Positions 28,001-40,466 of a DNA stretch of 64,000 nucleotides are shown one piece after another. Source of the stretch: Hydrolagus colliei (Eukaryota); assembly GCA_035084275.1 (NCBI GenBank), contig CM068749.1:13578001-13642000 (forward strand), given 5' to 3'. A model generated the notes under the pieces. That model saw only the letters and a program-made list of their open reading frames with translations, had not been told where the DNA came from and made no database searches. Position 1 is the first letter of the stretch, and each line of letters starts with the position of its first letter. The position numbers were made by a program, and so were the translations under genes.

Positions 28001-28421
28001 CCTTCACAACCTCTTAACAATATCACACTGTGTGTGTGTGTGTGTGCCTTACCTATTAGTTACCTTAGAAACATGCTAGTCACTGAAAAATCAGCATTAA
28101 GAATACGTGTCAAAATATCAACCTCTGCCAATTCGTTTTTTTAAATCAGTGAAAAGAGGTAGATGTTTTTATTTATCAATATCAGATTTGGAAGATGGTA
28201 CAAAAACATTTCCTGACAAACAATGTTAAATCGACAGAGGATCAGAGCTGAGTAAATGATGTTGTATTGAATTCAAAGTTGTCCGCTCTATGTTACAAAA
28301 TAAATAATAAAAAGATCTTAAAAAAAAGGCAATGATTCAATCTTGGGATTCAAATGACAGACACTTAAACCACTTAACCGAGATTAAAAGGTATGAGGAA
28401 AGAGCAGGGAATATATAGATA

Positions 28422-28710
28422 TATAATTCTTGCATTTGATAAAGTGCCTCACCACGTCTTCTAGATATCTCAAAGCACTTCATTGAATATACTGCAAAGA
28501 GAATTGACTGCATGTTTTGTGGGCAAAACACGGCAGCCAGTGGTGCACAGCAATGACCCACAACCAGTTGTGGATTGAAGTAACCAATTTTTGTGTTTAT
28601 CTTGAGGGATTATTATCAGGCGTGTGGAGTAAGGGAACTTGCCCAAAGTTTCGCCCAGTCGGGTATCGGACTCAGGTTTCTCGCTTGTAAGGCGAGTGCT
28701 CTAACCACTG
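28422..28710 (-). mobile_element. tRNA-derived SINE (left member of head-to-head pair)
   Basis: Colinear with 6361-6661. Confidence 0.85.
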
Positions 28711-28830
28711 TAAATTGTTATGGCTATTGAGCAGGCAGTCCTGTAGATCTCAGTATTTCAGAGACAGTTCACAGAGTACTGGCTAACCTCAACATTAAGA
28801 CTTGAACCTATTGCTTAGACTATGGTTTGT

Positions 28831-29128
28831 GGAGTACTGTAGCTCAGTGGTTAAAGCACTCGCCTTGCAAGCAAGAGACCTGGGTTCGTTTCCCAGCCAG
28901 GGCAAAACCTTCGGCAAATTTCCTTACTCCATACGCCTAATAATAATCCCTCAAAAAAAAATTGGTCATTTCAATCTTTGACCGTTCATGGGACACTGCT
29001 GTGTGCAATTGGCTGCCATGTTTTTGCCCACATACAGGCAATTCACTCTATATTCTGTGTAGTGCTTTGAGACGTCTAGAAGACATGAAAAGCGCTATAT
29101 CAAATGCAAAGACGATTATTATCATTAT
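28831..29128 (+). mobile_element. Full-length tRNA-derived SINE (right member of head-to-head pair)
   Basis: A box TAGCTCAGTGG, B box GGTTCGTTTCC, Deu-like body, tail AAAAGCGCTATATCAAATGCAAA..(ATT)n. Confidence 0.9.
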
Positions 29129-29319
29129 GGTCAGGATGAGCAGATTGCATCTAAATATAGATGGCCAAATCTTCAGATAATACACCAATAAAAAAAAGAG
29201 GGGAAGAGATTAGAAGTGTGGGGTGAGAAAAGTTCCCAGTTATAAGGAAGTCCTAGGGGTTAGGAAGGGATTTATAGTTGAAGGTGAGGAACTGAAAGTT
29301 GAACCCTTGGAAGATGTGA

Positions 29320-29592
29320 AACTGAAGTCCCATCTACCTGGTCAGGAGAACATTAAAGATCCCATGGTACTGTTTGAAAAGACAGTTTGTCCCAATGTCC
29401 CGGTCAACAATCCCTGAAATAAAATTGTTCACGCACTTTGTAGCTGTTTGTGGGATATTACTGTGTGTAGATTGGCTACCGTTTGTTACCTACAAAATGC
29501 GTACAGTCTGCACTTTTACGGTAAACTCTGTGAAGTGCTTTGAGACATTTTCCTTTTGTGAAAAGCTCTCTATCAAATGCAAAGAATATATT
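29320..29592 (+). mobile_element. Older DeuSINE copy
   Basis: AAAGATCCCATGGTACTGTTTGAA...TGTCCCGGTCAACA...TGTGGGATATTACTGTGTGTAGATTGGCTACC plus L2-type tail. Confidence 0.72.
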
Positions 29593-29767
29593 AGCAGTGA
29601 TAGGGTGCAATAAAATTCTTTCAAAAGTACTAAAAGTTCTCTTTTATCGAATGTAAGTTAAGTATTGCCACTGTGACCTTCGAATTTATATCATACATGG
29701 GAACATAAAAAGAATAAAATACAATACTGTCCTCCGTTACTGTGCCTCTTACCACAGACTGCTTGCT

Positions 29768-29780
29768 TGCCACCTGCTGG
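29768..29780 (-). promoter_or_regulatory. CTCF-like motif
   Basis: TGCCACCTGCTGG; reverse complement CCAGCAGGTGGCA equals the CTCF core consensus. Motif match only. Confidence 0.45.
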
Positions 29781-29964
29781 TTCAATGGAGAAATGTGCAG
29801 CTGCTGGAGAAAATAATGGCTTGCAGCCCAAAGCAAAAGTGGTCAGAATTGAGTAGGATTGATGAATTAACCCCAGTTAGTCCGAGTGTCACCTGTTCTC
29901 TGTTGAGGGCCTGTCAGTTCTAATAGTGCAAAGTGCCAAAGTGCCATTCAGTTGCCTTTCTCCC

Positions 29965-30153
29965 TGCCTTGCCTCGTTCAAGGCACGAACTCAAGGCCCT
30001 CTTTTTTGATCGTGCCTTCAGCCACACTCCTACCTCTCTGCGCTTCCTCATCCCAACCCTGCCTCCCCATGCTTGGGTCCTGATCCTCAACTGTTCACCG
30101 CCTTGGAATGTCCTCCCAACACGAGATGTAATTTTTCTTGCTGTTGTTGTTAT
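29965..30153 (+). mobile_element. L2 3' fragment
   Basis: LKALFFDRAF-like ORF2 end, C-rich 3' UTR, (GTT)n tail. Confidence 0.75.
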
Positions 30154-30537
30154 TGAGTTATTCCACTTTATTCAAATACAGCACAAAGCAGGTTTACTAA
30201 ACCGATTGAGAGATGGTATTTAGGTCCCAAAGTCTGATTTCAGATGATTGATAACCATAAAAAATTTACATTTTATATAGCACCCTTCATGTTTGAAATA
30301 TAACCCAAGGTTCAGGGCAGTACAGAGTTCGCACCTGGTTGGTTGATACCAGGAATGTGGAGTTATATTTATGATTCAAAGAAAATTGGTCTGTTTTCCC
30401 TGGAACTGGAGTTAACTGGGGATTTAATACAGACTTTTGAAATACTATATGATTTTGAGTGAATAAATAAAGGAGGATTATTTATGCCTGTTGGTAAATT
30501 GGTGGTTAATAATGCCTTTTTAAAATTCTTCTTGCAG

Positions 30538-30596
30538 GTTATAGAGACTTTATCAAAGCTGTCCCACACATTAATAGCACAATCTACTGGGATAAG
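30538..30596 (+). CDS. VAV3: VAV3 exon 3 (59 nt), end of CH domain: VIETLSKLSHTLIAQSTGI(R)
   Basis: ttcttcttgcag acceptor, AG|gtaagt donor, phase 0 to 2. Confidence 0.95.
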
Positions 30597-32518
30597 GTAA
30601 GTGTTAGACTATATTTGTGTAATTTTGTTACATGTATCAGTTTTTTTTACACAAATACAGCACAGATAAAACAAGACAATTTTCTCTCTTGGCACCACAA
30701 CCACCGTGTTGCTGTCTATTGTGGAGTTACGTCAATACGTTCTGGGAGATTTCTTTAACACTGGCATGAATGATACTGTGAGTTTCTGTTGTTATTGTGA
30801 CATATTTTGCACAGCACATAGAGCAAGCAGATGGACAGTATAATGTCTGTCTACCTGGTCTCCTAAATGGCACTTGTACTGAGACCACCTGGGAGAAGTT
30901 GTTTGTACCAGCAAAGTAACATGACCCCTGCAGTCAAAAGCTGTGCTCATTGTTGCTCAAGTTGTCACCCTAATATAAACCTATAACACATTTGACAAGT
31001 GAGCATTACTTGTAGCCAGTGCTTCTTGAACGACAGATGAATGTTTAAGGCACCACAGAATAAATAAATAAATAAATAAATGAATAAAGATGAAATTTAA
31101 CCTGTGCCATGACTCTTTTGAAGATTAAAATAATACTCATTGCCAATGAGGATTTTATACTCATCAAAGTACAGAAATGTGTGATCAGCATTGGCAGAGC
31201 TAACAAAGGCATTTTTGCTCTGTATAACGTTGTGTGCTTGCCCAGATGCTCACACATATGTACTGGGTATTGATGTGTGCCCAAAATATTAATCCACAAA
31301 AGGCCCAGGCTGCTGATACATAGTTTCACCCTTCAAATGATGTGGGTGGAAAGTGCCAATGCACATTTCAGGCTCCCACATTTTTCTGGCTACACAACAA
31401 GAAAATGAAGCCAGGATAAGTGGCATCCAAAACCCACTATCTAATAAAAAGAAAGAATTCAAGTAAAAAATGTAGAACTTTTTTTCTCATTTAAAAAAAA
31501 GTACAGTGGTCTGATTCTGATCTGTCACCAAACACTGTAACATTGGAGATTTTAAAGGAAGTTTTTTTTGGTGCTGTGGTAGTGTGGTTTAATCCAATGA
31601 TTTCTGTTCTGCTTTGCAGTATGAATTATTGCAGAGCAGCAGAACCTGGTTTCTTCTCTACCACCACCACAGTTCACAATTTGTACTCGGTTCCCTGCTG
31701 AGCGAAGACATGGCAACTCCTCAGAGACGTTGCGTGGCAAATCACTGGGTGAAACAATCCAGATTGATTGTCACCACTCTCCCACCAGCAAGTTCAGAAA
31801 CTGCGTCTTAACTTTGTCTGTGGTGAATTGTAGCCCTGTTGACAATCTGTCAAGGCACCAAAAAAATCCTAGAGCTGGCGTAGAAGTGCTTTGCGTGATA
31901 TGATTCTAAATACAGTATTGTGTACCCGAGGGCACAATTAGAAAGCAGGAGGAAGCAATTTCTCTTATCCTAATATCCTGGCCAAGAAGACTCCAAATAA
32001 AAGTGATCATTTATTTCATGGCTATTCACTCCTCCCGACGTGAAAGGCGCTGTACAAATGTAATTTTGTTGTTGTTGTCTGTAGGATATTGTTGTGTACA
32101 AACTGACTGCCACACTTATGCTCAAATACACTGTAAATACATTGTTAAGTACACTTAAACCTGTAAAGTGCTGTGAGACATTTGATAATGTGATAAGGAG
32201 CTATACCAAGTGCAAGTTTTTTTTACTATTTCAGTGTGATAATCATCAAGAATCTATGTCGTCTAACTGTCTGGCAAGGTATAACTGCTAACACAAAATG
32301 ACCCAAATTGAAATGTACACAGCACGTTTACTATTGTGTAGTAAAGTCCCATAATACGGATTTATGGGAAATGTGTCAAGGATGTAACTGTGCTGTTGGG
32401 ATTCGTGATATGGTTATACGGTGCTCAAGGTTTGCTCTTTTTAATACATCATTTGAACTCCTCTGTGAGTTCATAACTTCATATTATCCACTATTTTTCT
32501 ATGTTCATTTTTTTTCAG

Positions 32519-32584
32519 GCCGTTCCCGACTGAGGAAAGTGTGGCTGATGAAGATGTCTACAAGACATTAGCTGACCTATTAGA
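32519..32584 (+). CDS. VAV3: VAV3 exon 4 (66 nt), acidic region: PFPTEESVADEDVYKTLADLL(D)
   Basis: tttttttcag acceptor, GA|gtatgt donor; carries the first regulatory tyrosine (EDVY). Confidence 0.95.
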
Positions 32585-34102
32585 GTATGTATTAACTTCA
32601 ATCATTTTGACTATTTTGTCTAAATAAAGTCGTGCAGAGCAAAACAAAAGACCACAAATATAAATTTAGGCGCTAGAAAAAATTCTGGTTCATCTTTAAA
32701 ATGAACATTTAATTAATTATGGAAATTATTGATATATTGCTTGTTAGCATTGTATATTTGTATCTCTGTTCACTTTTTATTCTGTTTTTTTTGCTGCTAT
32801 CCCTCTGCTCTGTGTGTATCCTTTGGTTTTTCATGTTCTGTCATACTCTGGTTCTCTCTTTATTTCCCCATATTCCTCAGTGGCTTTGTCCAAGTCTCCT
32901 CAGCAGCCACGTCCAACAATCTATTACTGATCATTCTACACCTCCTCTCTCCTACTGCTACCTCACCAAACACACTTAAAACATAATACCTGCATGGCCT
33001 CTGAGCACAGATGAAGCGTCTTGAACTGCTTAAAGCAGCATGTGGACAACCTACACTGCTGTTCTCATCCTCCTCCGAACAGCATCGTATTACAAGAGAC
33101 CATCTGTGCTTTCTAAATTGTGGCTAATGGAGATGCCCTCCCACCCTCCTTCCTTGCACAATTTCCAACCCCATTGTGAAGAAAGAAAGATCAAAATGTT
33201 CCACAATGTTACGACCGGGGCCTTTGATTCACAACGAATACAGTTACTGTGACTTTAGAAAAATTCACAAAATTCGGGAGACCAACTGTGAGGTTTTGCA
33301 TCTGGGGATGTAAACTTTTCCTGCCATAATAGGTAGTCGGGAGCCTTAACTGAAAGGTCCTGTGCAGTGATTTAACTATTAACTCAATTTGAGTACAAAC
33401 ACAGTTGTAAACTAGTTGAAACAAAGAGTGTTTCCATGTAGTATTGTTCTGTGCATACATTTATAGTTTTATTTAATTTTCATGAAAATATATCGAAATG
33501 GAATGGAGTGGCTTATCAAATTTGCAAAATGTATGAAGTACAGTGACTAAACTTGGGTACGTTTCTGAACTTATTTTTGTTTGGTCTGTCAAGATAGCTG
33601 ATTTTAAATTGTATAACATCCTTCTCAGATAAAAATGTTTTGAGGCATGGAGCTGTGCTGTCACTTTTAATATTAATATCTACTTGAAGGGAAAATTTTA
33701 ACTCAAGAAATTGCTCTTTTTGTGGAGGGGTGGGGGTGTTAAATATACCCTTAAAGGATTGTAATTTGAATTCAGAAATGACACATGATTGCCATCACTG
33801 TACTTTGTACATTTAATCTTTTGGGAAAAGATTCTCCAGTATTTTTCCTTCTCAAATAAAAATCACAACCGTAGCTTTTTCTTGGGTCGCTAAGTGCGAA
33901 TAATTGCATCCTGATTAAACCTCATAAGCTATGGTGCTACACTAGACAGCAAAGGTCTGTTGGCATTGGACTATATCTGTTATATCACACATAGCTTAAC
34001 CCTTGAAACCCTGCTATGCATATCAAAACAACTCCTAATGAATGTGAGTTAAGGATATGGTCAGTAGACTTGTACAGTACTTAATACTGTTTTGGCATGT
34101 AC

Positions 34103-34229
34103 GAATGCCGCGTTTCCCCACAAATATACTGTCAATTCACTTTACAGTATATTTTGTGAAGTGCTTTGAGATCTAGAAGATGTGAAAAGCGCTATATCAA
34201 ATCAAGGATTAATATTATTATTATTATTA
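34103..34229 (+). mobile_element. SINE 3' half
   Basis: TGCCGCGTTTCCCCACAAATATACTGTCAATTCACTTTACAG...AAAGCGCTATATCAAA..(ATT)n. Confidence 0.82.
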
Positions 34230-35669
34230 AGAATGCCTCATTCCCTGGGGAGGGAGCAGAGAAGTTGAATGATATTTCAACACCATTAATACAGTACTAC
34301 ACTTTTCATATTGATTAGATTCAAACATGATCCTAATTAAGACATTATTTAATAACATTAAAAACTAACTGGTGTTTAACCCTGGCTCATAAAGCTTTGT
34401 ATATGTGCTGGCTAGCAGAGCTCTGTATGCTAGTTAACAGGGCTTTTTATATGGGTTGTTTGTGAAGTTCTATATACTGTATGTTCTGTTTTTTAGATTT
34501 CTGTATATACATTTTATTATTGCCAATAGCCAGAGCCTTCTACATCCCCTACCTAGCGAGCACATTGTTGGAGCAGGAAATATAAATCCTATTTCCTGTT
34601 CCTGATTGCTTTAATGCTGGAAGCTATTCCTAATCAATCACAGCAGCTGAAATAGGGCAAAGAGCAACAAGAAGTGAATTGAAAATCTAGGAGCTGGACA
34701 TTGACATCCACTTGTTTACATATTATTCAGCACTGAAAAACCAATCTAAAAACAGAAAACCACAACAGTTCTGTCTGAAAGAGAAACCAGAGTATTATTT
34801 TGTCTGATGGAGAATCTCCATCAGAACTGGAATCATTTGATGAGAGATGAGATAACTAAGACCTGAGCCAGAAATCAGAGGCATTAGTTACAAATGGTAC
34901 ATTCGTGACACTCTACAGAAATGTTGCAAAGCTTTAAAGCATTTTAAGTGCAACATCAAATGGAATGATTATTATTATAAGTGGAAAGATTTGAAAATTC
35001 AGGTGGATTATTGAGGGTACCAGAATCTTTGCCTGCGGTGAGGTGTGGGCAAAATGCCAATTTAAAAAAAGTTAGACACCTAACAGCTGTTTTTCATCAG
35101 CGAAGGTAGGTGGTATCTAATTTTACAAAAGACAGACTCATTATTTGGAATGCTAAATTCACTGCCACTTGTATTTAGACAAGTTATTACCTGAAAAAGC
35201 AAAAATGCCCAAGACTGTCGCTTTACATTGTAGGATTAATATTTAAGTTTCCCAACAAGTTTATGAACAGCATTTAAGGAAACATAAAAAGGTATGATTA
35301 TGTAACTTAGCCTCTATTTTTAGCTTCCCACTGACTACTACGCCTCCCGTAGAGAAGTCTCCTCTGTTCAGGAAGGTGGGCAGTGGACAACTCCTTCTTA
35401 GGCACGTCACCAGATCCCAATATGTCGAGTCAGCAATAAATATGGGAAACAGGATGCTTGACTGTATTGTATTGACAAAGGTGTTGGATTCAGACTCCCC
35501 AGAAAGTGCTCTCTCGTCAGACCAAACCTGGAGCATTGTGTCATGTTCTGATCACCGTGATCCTGCCTTCAGGAGAGAAAGGGAGAAGTTCGAAGGAGGA
35601 ACAATTAACAGCATGTTAATACACAGTCTATTCTATTCAAAATACTGAAGGAATTCTCTTCTTTTGCAG

Positions 35670-35778
35670 TGAAACTGGAGTGGTTGAAGATGATGAACTA
35701 TATGACTGTGTATATGGTGATGATGAAGGTGGCGAAGTGTACGAAGATCTAATGAAAGCAGAAGCAGCACAACCCCCT
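35670..35778 (+). CDS. VAV3: VAV3 exon 5 (109 nt), acidic region: ETGVVEDDELYDCVYGDDEGGEVYEDLMKAEAAQPP
   Basis: cttttgcag acceptor, CCT|gtatga donor; carries the LYDCV and EVYEDL (Y173-equivalent) autoinhibitory tyrosines. Confidence 0.96.
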
Positions 35779-36195
35779 GTATGACCATCTTTTCAAATAC
35801 TCGGTTTTTAATTTATTAAACAATACATTATTTAATTAAATAGAAGAGCAAGAAATCAAAATCTATTTTTTTATCCCATCTTTCTATTTTGCACAATTTC
35901 ATAAATCAATCATAATCCTGTTCCATGAAATCATATGAATATTGGGTTGTCTTGCTCCAAAGCACAGCACATTGTGGTGTGGAGGATTGCGATCATTATT
36001 TCCCATGTTCTTATTTCCTGTTCTCTAATGTTCCTACCAGGTAGCGACAATCAGTGGCATTCAGCTTTTTCTCGGAGATTGGATGCTAGAAGAGAGCCAT
36101 TTAACGTTTAACACATCTTTTGGGAATAAATGAAAGAAGAACATTTGTTGGCAATGTATTTGCTTTTGCGGCAGTCTTATGGGGCTATAGTGTGT

Positions 36196-36368
36196 AACAA
36201 CAACAACAAAATTACATTTATAGAGCGCCTTTCTCGTCGGGAGGACGTCCCAAAGTGCTGAACAGTCAGGTCGGGACCCGAGAACGGGGGGAAGGGTCGG
36301 GGTAGGGGAAGGAGAGTAGGAGAAGTGGAGGAGTCAGGAGGGGAGCAAAAGGCACGATTGAAGAGGAG
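36196..36368 (-). mobile_element. L2 3' end fragment
   Basis: (AAC)n then AAAATTACATTTATAGAGCGCCTTTCTCGTCGGGAGGACGTCCC and a G-rich UTR; CpGs retained. Confidence 0.82.
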
Positions 36369-37100
36369 TGGTAAAGGTGAAGCGGAGGCTTTTATTTAAC
36401 ATTGAAAACAATTCTAATATGATAGAAATGTCTTTTTGTGAATCACATTCCAAGTAAAACATCCAAGTTAAGAACTGTTGTATGTGCAGTCAGCACATAC
36501 AACATTTTGAAATCGCATTTCAGCAAATCTGTGTACTGTATATTTTTCTCTTGCAGAATCAAAGATTTTGACTGGATTTAATGAATTCACCCCACCCACC
36601 ATCACTTGTTACAAATTAAAAGTAAAATATTATTGGACAAATTTTGTATTGTAATAATCTAACTTCTTGATGCCTTTTATGGGCTGTCTAATCTGTAGAT
36701 TCTGCTACTTCAAAAGAATAGAATCTAATTAGCAGTTTTTCCTCATGGGATTTTGCCTTAGAATTTCCTTTGAACTACGGATATTTGCAAGTAAATTATG
36801 TTGGGGGGTAGTTTCAACAAGAGCGTGATGTACTTCTGGTTACTGGAAAGAATTTCCATTTACACAGCATTGAGATTTTTTTAATTAAAGAATTAAGTGA
36901 CATGAACAGCACTTTTTTTTGTGGCTTTCAGTTACATTTTGACTTGAAGGAAGAAGAGGAATTAACATTGTGTAGCCAAATTCCCTTTAGTTTAGTTCAC
37001 AATTTTACTCCTGTGCATTCAGAGATAGTCCCCTGTGTGATATTCTGAATTATTGTTGAATTGGATTTTGTGTAACTCATTGTCTGATGACTGTATACAG

Positions 37101-37193
37101 AAGCTGACAGAAACTGACATCCGGAGCTGCTGCCTATTAGAAATAAAACAAACAGAAGAGAAGTACACAGAAACACTGGAGTCTATAGAAAAA
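37101..37193 (+). CDS. VAV3: VAV3 exon 6 (93 nt), DH domain start: KLTETDIRSCCLLEIKQTEEKYTETLESIEK
   Basis: tatacag acceptor, AAA|gtaagt donor; overlaps ORF 37053..37289. Confidence 0.95.
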
Positions 37194-38105
37194 GTAAGTA
37201 ATGTGGAAATATTGTTTCATCAGTCATTTTCTCTGAATTTCTCCACTGACCTTCCCTTGAAATCAATGACTCATACTAGTAGGGTATGATTTGAAGAATG
37301 ATAGCTGCTAACTTGTGCTACTTTGACCATGTGTGGTGCTAGTATAGTGCGTGTCAATGGGCCATTCATCCCTGGGGAGGGTTGTCACTGTTGTCAATAC
37401 TATTGATGAATTGCATCACTAGGGATTGCAGGATACCAATCTGGAGTTAGAATTCTAGACATTATTGCCTTTCCTTTCCCAGGGGATATGGAGGTTATGA
37501 CCACTGAAAGCCAACTGATATTGATCAACATTAACGCATAGTGGAGATCAAATGTCAGACCTTTCCAGTATTTGTGGCTTAGAGACACACCAAATTTGCC
37601 CGTAAAGGGATTGGAGGAGGGTTAGCTGGCTGAACTAATTTAAGTGTTTTAGGAGAGTAACATAGCGTTGGTGTCTAAAACCTCTATATCACAGAAAAGT
37701 AGAACTTGAGGCCTGTTGCCTGGAATTCTCCACATCATCAGGTCATCTTGACCAGCCCTTCAACCGGAAATGTTGAATAGAGTCTAAACAGTATCAGGGA
37801 GGGAGGGAGGCAGGAAAAGTTGAATGGTGTGATAGCTAAAGAGATACACAAGGAGAGACAACAGTATTTTGCAAGATTGCCTGGAACACATGTGTGGTAA
37901 ACATCTGGCTCTAAGAACCTATTACTTTGTGAATTGTTCTGCATTATACTTTTTCTTCCAGTAAAGAATATTTTCTTGAGTCCCTTATACTATCATAGCA
38001 TGCTATCAGGAGAATTCTCTATTCTTATGTTCAAATAACCCTGCTATGTTGCATCACAAATGTTATGTTATAGCATATTATATATCTCCAAAATTTACTT
38101 TATAG

Positions 38106-38174
38106 TATTTTATGTGTCCGCTGAGAAGATTTTTACCTGCTGCAGAAATTGAGACTGTTTTCATCAACATTGAG
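38106..38174 (+). CDS. VAV3: VAV3 exon 7 (69 nt), DH: YFMCPLRRFLPAAEIETVFINIE
   Basis: tttactttatag acceptor, GAG|gtgagt donor. Confidence 0.95.
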
Positions 38175-38319
38175 GTGAGTGAAATTATTTCTTTCCTTTT
38201 ATCATGGTGGGAATTATCAACAATAAATATATTTTTTAAAAAGACACATGAATTTTCATTCCTGTGAAGCTTAGTTTAAGATGACACTGCATCTAAGGTG
38301 ACACGGCTGTGGGCTTATT

Positions 38320-38525
38320 GCACGGTTGGAGGAGCTGTCCTTTGGATAAGATATTAAATCAATGTCAAATCTGCCTGTTCAGCTGGATGTTAAAGATTCC
38401 ATGGAACTAGTTGAGAAGAGAAGGGAGTTTCTGTCGGTGTCCTGACCAACAATCCCCAAATGTATATTTTTTGTCATCGGTGGCTATTCATGGGACATGA
38501 CTGTGCACAACATTTATGCCTGAAT
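38320..38525 (+). mobile_element. Older DeuSINE body fragment
   Basis: GGATGTTAAAGATTCCATGGAACTAGTTGAGAAGAGAAGGGAGTTTCTGTCGGTGTCCTGACCAAC. Confidence 0.7.
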
Positions 38526-38993
38526 TGCTTTGTCTCAACATGAATTGTGATGTTGGCTGGATGAATATTGAATTTTGCAGATTTTGCTTGGTTAAGTTTG
38601 AGGTAGTAGGGGTACCCACTTAATAACATGAGAGATGAGTGTGAATTAGGACCTCATTGACGCAGATTTTGTTTGGCTGTGTAAGAAGCAGCTTAAGTGT
38701 TTGTTACCTCATCCACACTTCTTTACTTTCTTTGTTTTCACTAAAATAACTAACTTTATCAGTAGATTTTAAACCACAGCATTGGAGTTCTTTAACTTCT
38801 ATATCTTAAGATACCTTATTTTCTCTCATCTTTTCAACCTCGAGTCTATCCAGAACTGTGTGCTTTGGAACTTTGAGTTTTCTCAGTAAATGTACTGATG
38901 TATTGACTTCAAATACTCCATGTGAAGATACATGTGTAATAATTTTACCTACGCTAAAATCTTATTTCTTCTTTTCTGAAACAATTTAACCAG

Positions 38994-39097
38994 GCGCTAG
39001 TTAAAGTGCACAAAGCCCTGATGGTGGATATCAGAAATGCTATTATGACCAAAAATGACCAGAACCTCTTTCAAATATTCATTGATTATAAAGAAAG
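38994..39097 (+). CDS. VAV3: VAV3 exon 8 (104 nt), DH: ALVKVHKALMVDIRNAIMTKNDQNLFQIFIDYKE(R)
   Basis: ttaaccag acceptor after a pyrimidine tract, AG|gtaaca donor. Confidence 0.95.
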
Positions 39098-39879
39098 GTA
39101 ACATGTTTCCCATTTTCTATATTTTATAAAATATTTAAAATCTTGTTTAATATCTTTAGAAACGGATAAGCAACTGATTGAATAGTGGTAAATGTTAAAT
39201 ATTTGCAGTGTGCATCGAGTATTACACAATACATTTTAGTTTAATATTTGCTCTCTGTTGCTAATTTGAGGGAAAACAACCAACTGTTGCCAACTGACCA
39301 GTTGTTCAGGTTGGCTGTAAGAAGCTTTGCAAGGAGTAAAAGCTATCGGATATTAAAAAAAAATCAAGTTGTGTTATGTTTGTCTCTTATCCTTAATGGT
39401 ACTGATATGATTTAGTAATGACACAAAGGGAGCAGAATCATGTCCTTATGGTGCAATATAATTTATTTTTGCGCTATGTTGCAATCTCAGTCACTGATGT
39501 GGCCAGATGATGTAAGCCCCAGAAATGTGTTTTATATTTTGCTGTGCTCCTCACAGATGCCCAAAGCCACAACTTTGTTAGCTATGCCAAGAAAGAATGG
39601 CTATCATGTTTCAGTGAACTTGAGCAGCTATTTCTATGCCACCTGCCCAGCATTATCTATTTTAATCTTTCATCTGTATATAAAAGAAGTTTTAACGTAG
39701 TTTCCAATTGTATCTTCCCAAAGCGCCAAAGACCCTTATTTAAAAAGTCCATGAACCAACAGAAGAGATTGGCACAGTTTCAGACCATGGCTGTGAACAT
39801 TTTTATATCTCTTTCTAGGGTGCAGTTCACGACTGCTGGTTGCCCACTGCTACCCCATCACCTACAACCAGTAGAGAGT

Positions 39880-40050
39880 TCTGTACAGGGATCAGGAGCA
39901 GGAACTCTGTTAATTTTTATCTCCTTAATGCTAAGAAGGCCAGGGCCAATTTAGTAGCCTGATTGAGATCAAGATCTTGCTAGTTCAAATCCCTATCTAT
40001 GCTCAGCCCAGATCGAGGTATGAATCAGCAAGCTCCAAAAATTCTGGCCC
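39880..40050 (-). mobile_element. Ancient SINE fragment, AmnSINE2-like (tentative)
   Basis: GATCAGGAGCAGGAACTCTG...GGCCAATT...TGAGATCA resembles the reverse complement of the AmnSINE2 consensus as recalled; needs alignment. Confidence 0.45.
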
Positions 40051-40366
40051 TATTCATTACTCCATTGAGGTTGCCTGGGCTATGTGATTTTGTTGGCCTA
40101 GTCACAAAAATCATAAAAACAATTGTGTTTGGAACTTCAGTGTCATCTCACTCCCAGACCTGCAGTACAGTCGTTTTCTCCAGTCGGGGAAAAAGATAAA
40201 CCACTGACAGTAACAGAACAACTTGTATTTATTTAGCAGTCTTCAGGCAGGGCAGCGGCTCTGAGCGTCTTAGTAATACAAGTGCAACAAAGTTGTATTG
40301 CTTCCTCTCACTGTTGTGGAGGTCTTTAGTCATTTTACTGTGTAACGTGGTTCATTCTATCCACAG

Positions 40367-40466
40367 GTTGCTTATCTACGGTGAGTACTGCAGTCATGTG
40401 GAGAGAGCAATAAAGTCGTTGGATGAGATCAGTAAATCAAGAGAAGATGTACGATTGAAGTTAGAG
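40367..40466 (+). CDS. VAV3: VAV3 exon 9 (100 nt), DH: LLIYGEYCSHVERAIKSLDEISKSREDVRLKLE
   Basis: ctatccacag acceptor, GAG|gtagat donor; overlaps ORF 40293..40550. Confidence 0.95.

Noticed and set aside
28833-28905. tRNA gene (Ala/Val-like)
   Set aside because: Continues directly into SINE body and tail, and the acceptor stem does not pair; it is a SINE head
37083-37115. CTGATGA-stem-GAA as a hammerhead ribozyme or snoRNA box C
   Set aside because: The stem is followed by GAAG rather than GAAA, stems I/III are absent, and it overlaps the exon 6 acceptor
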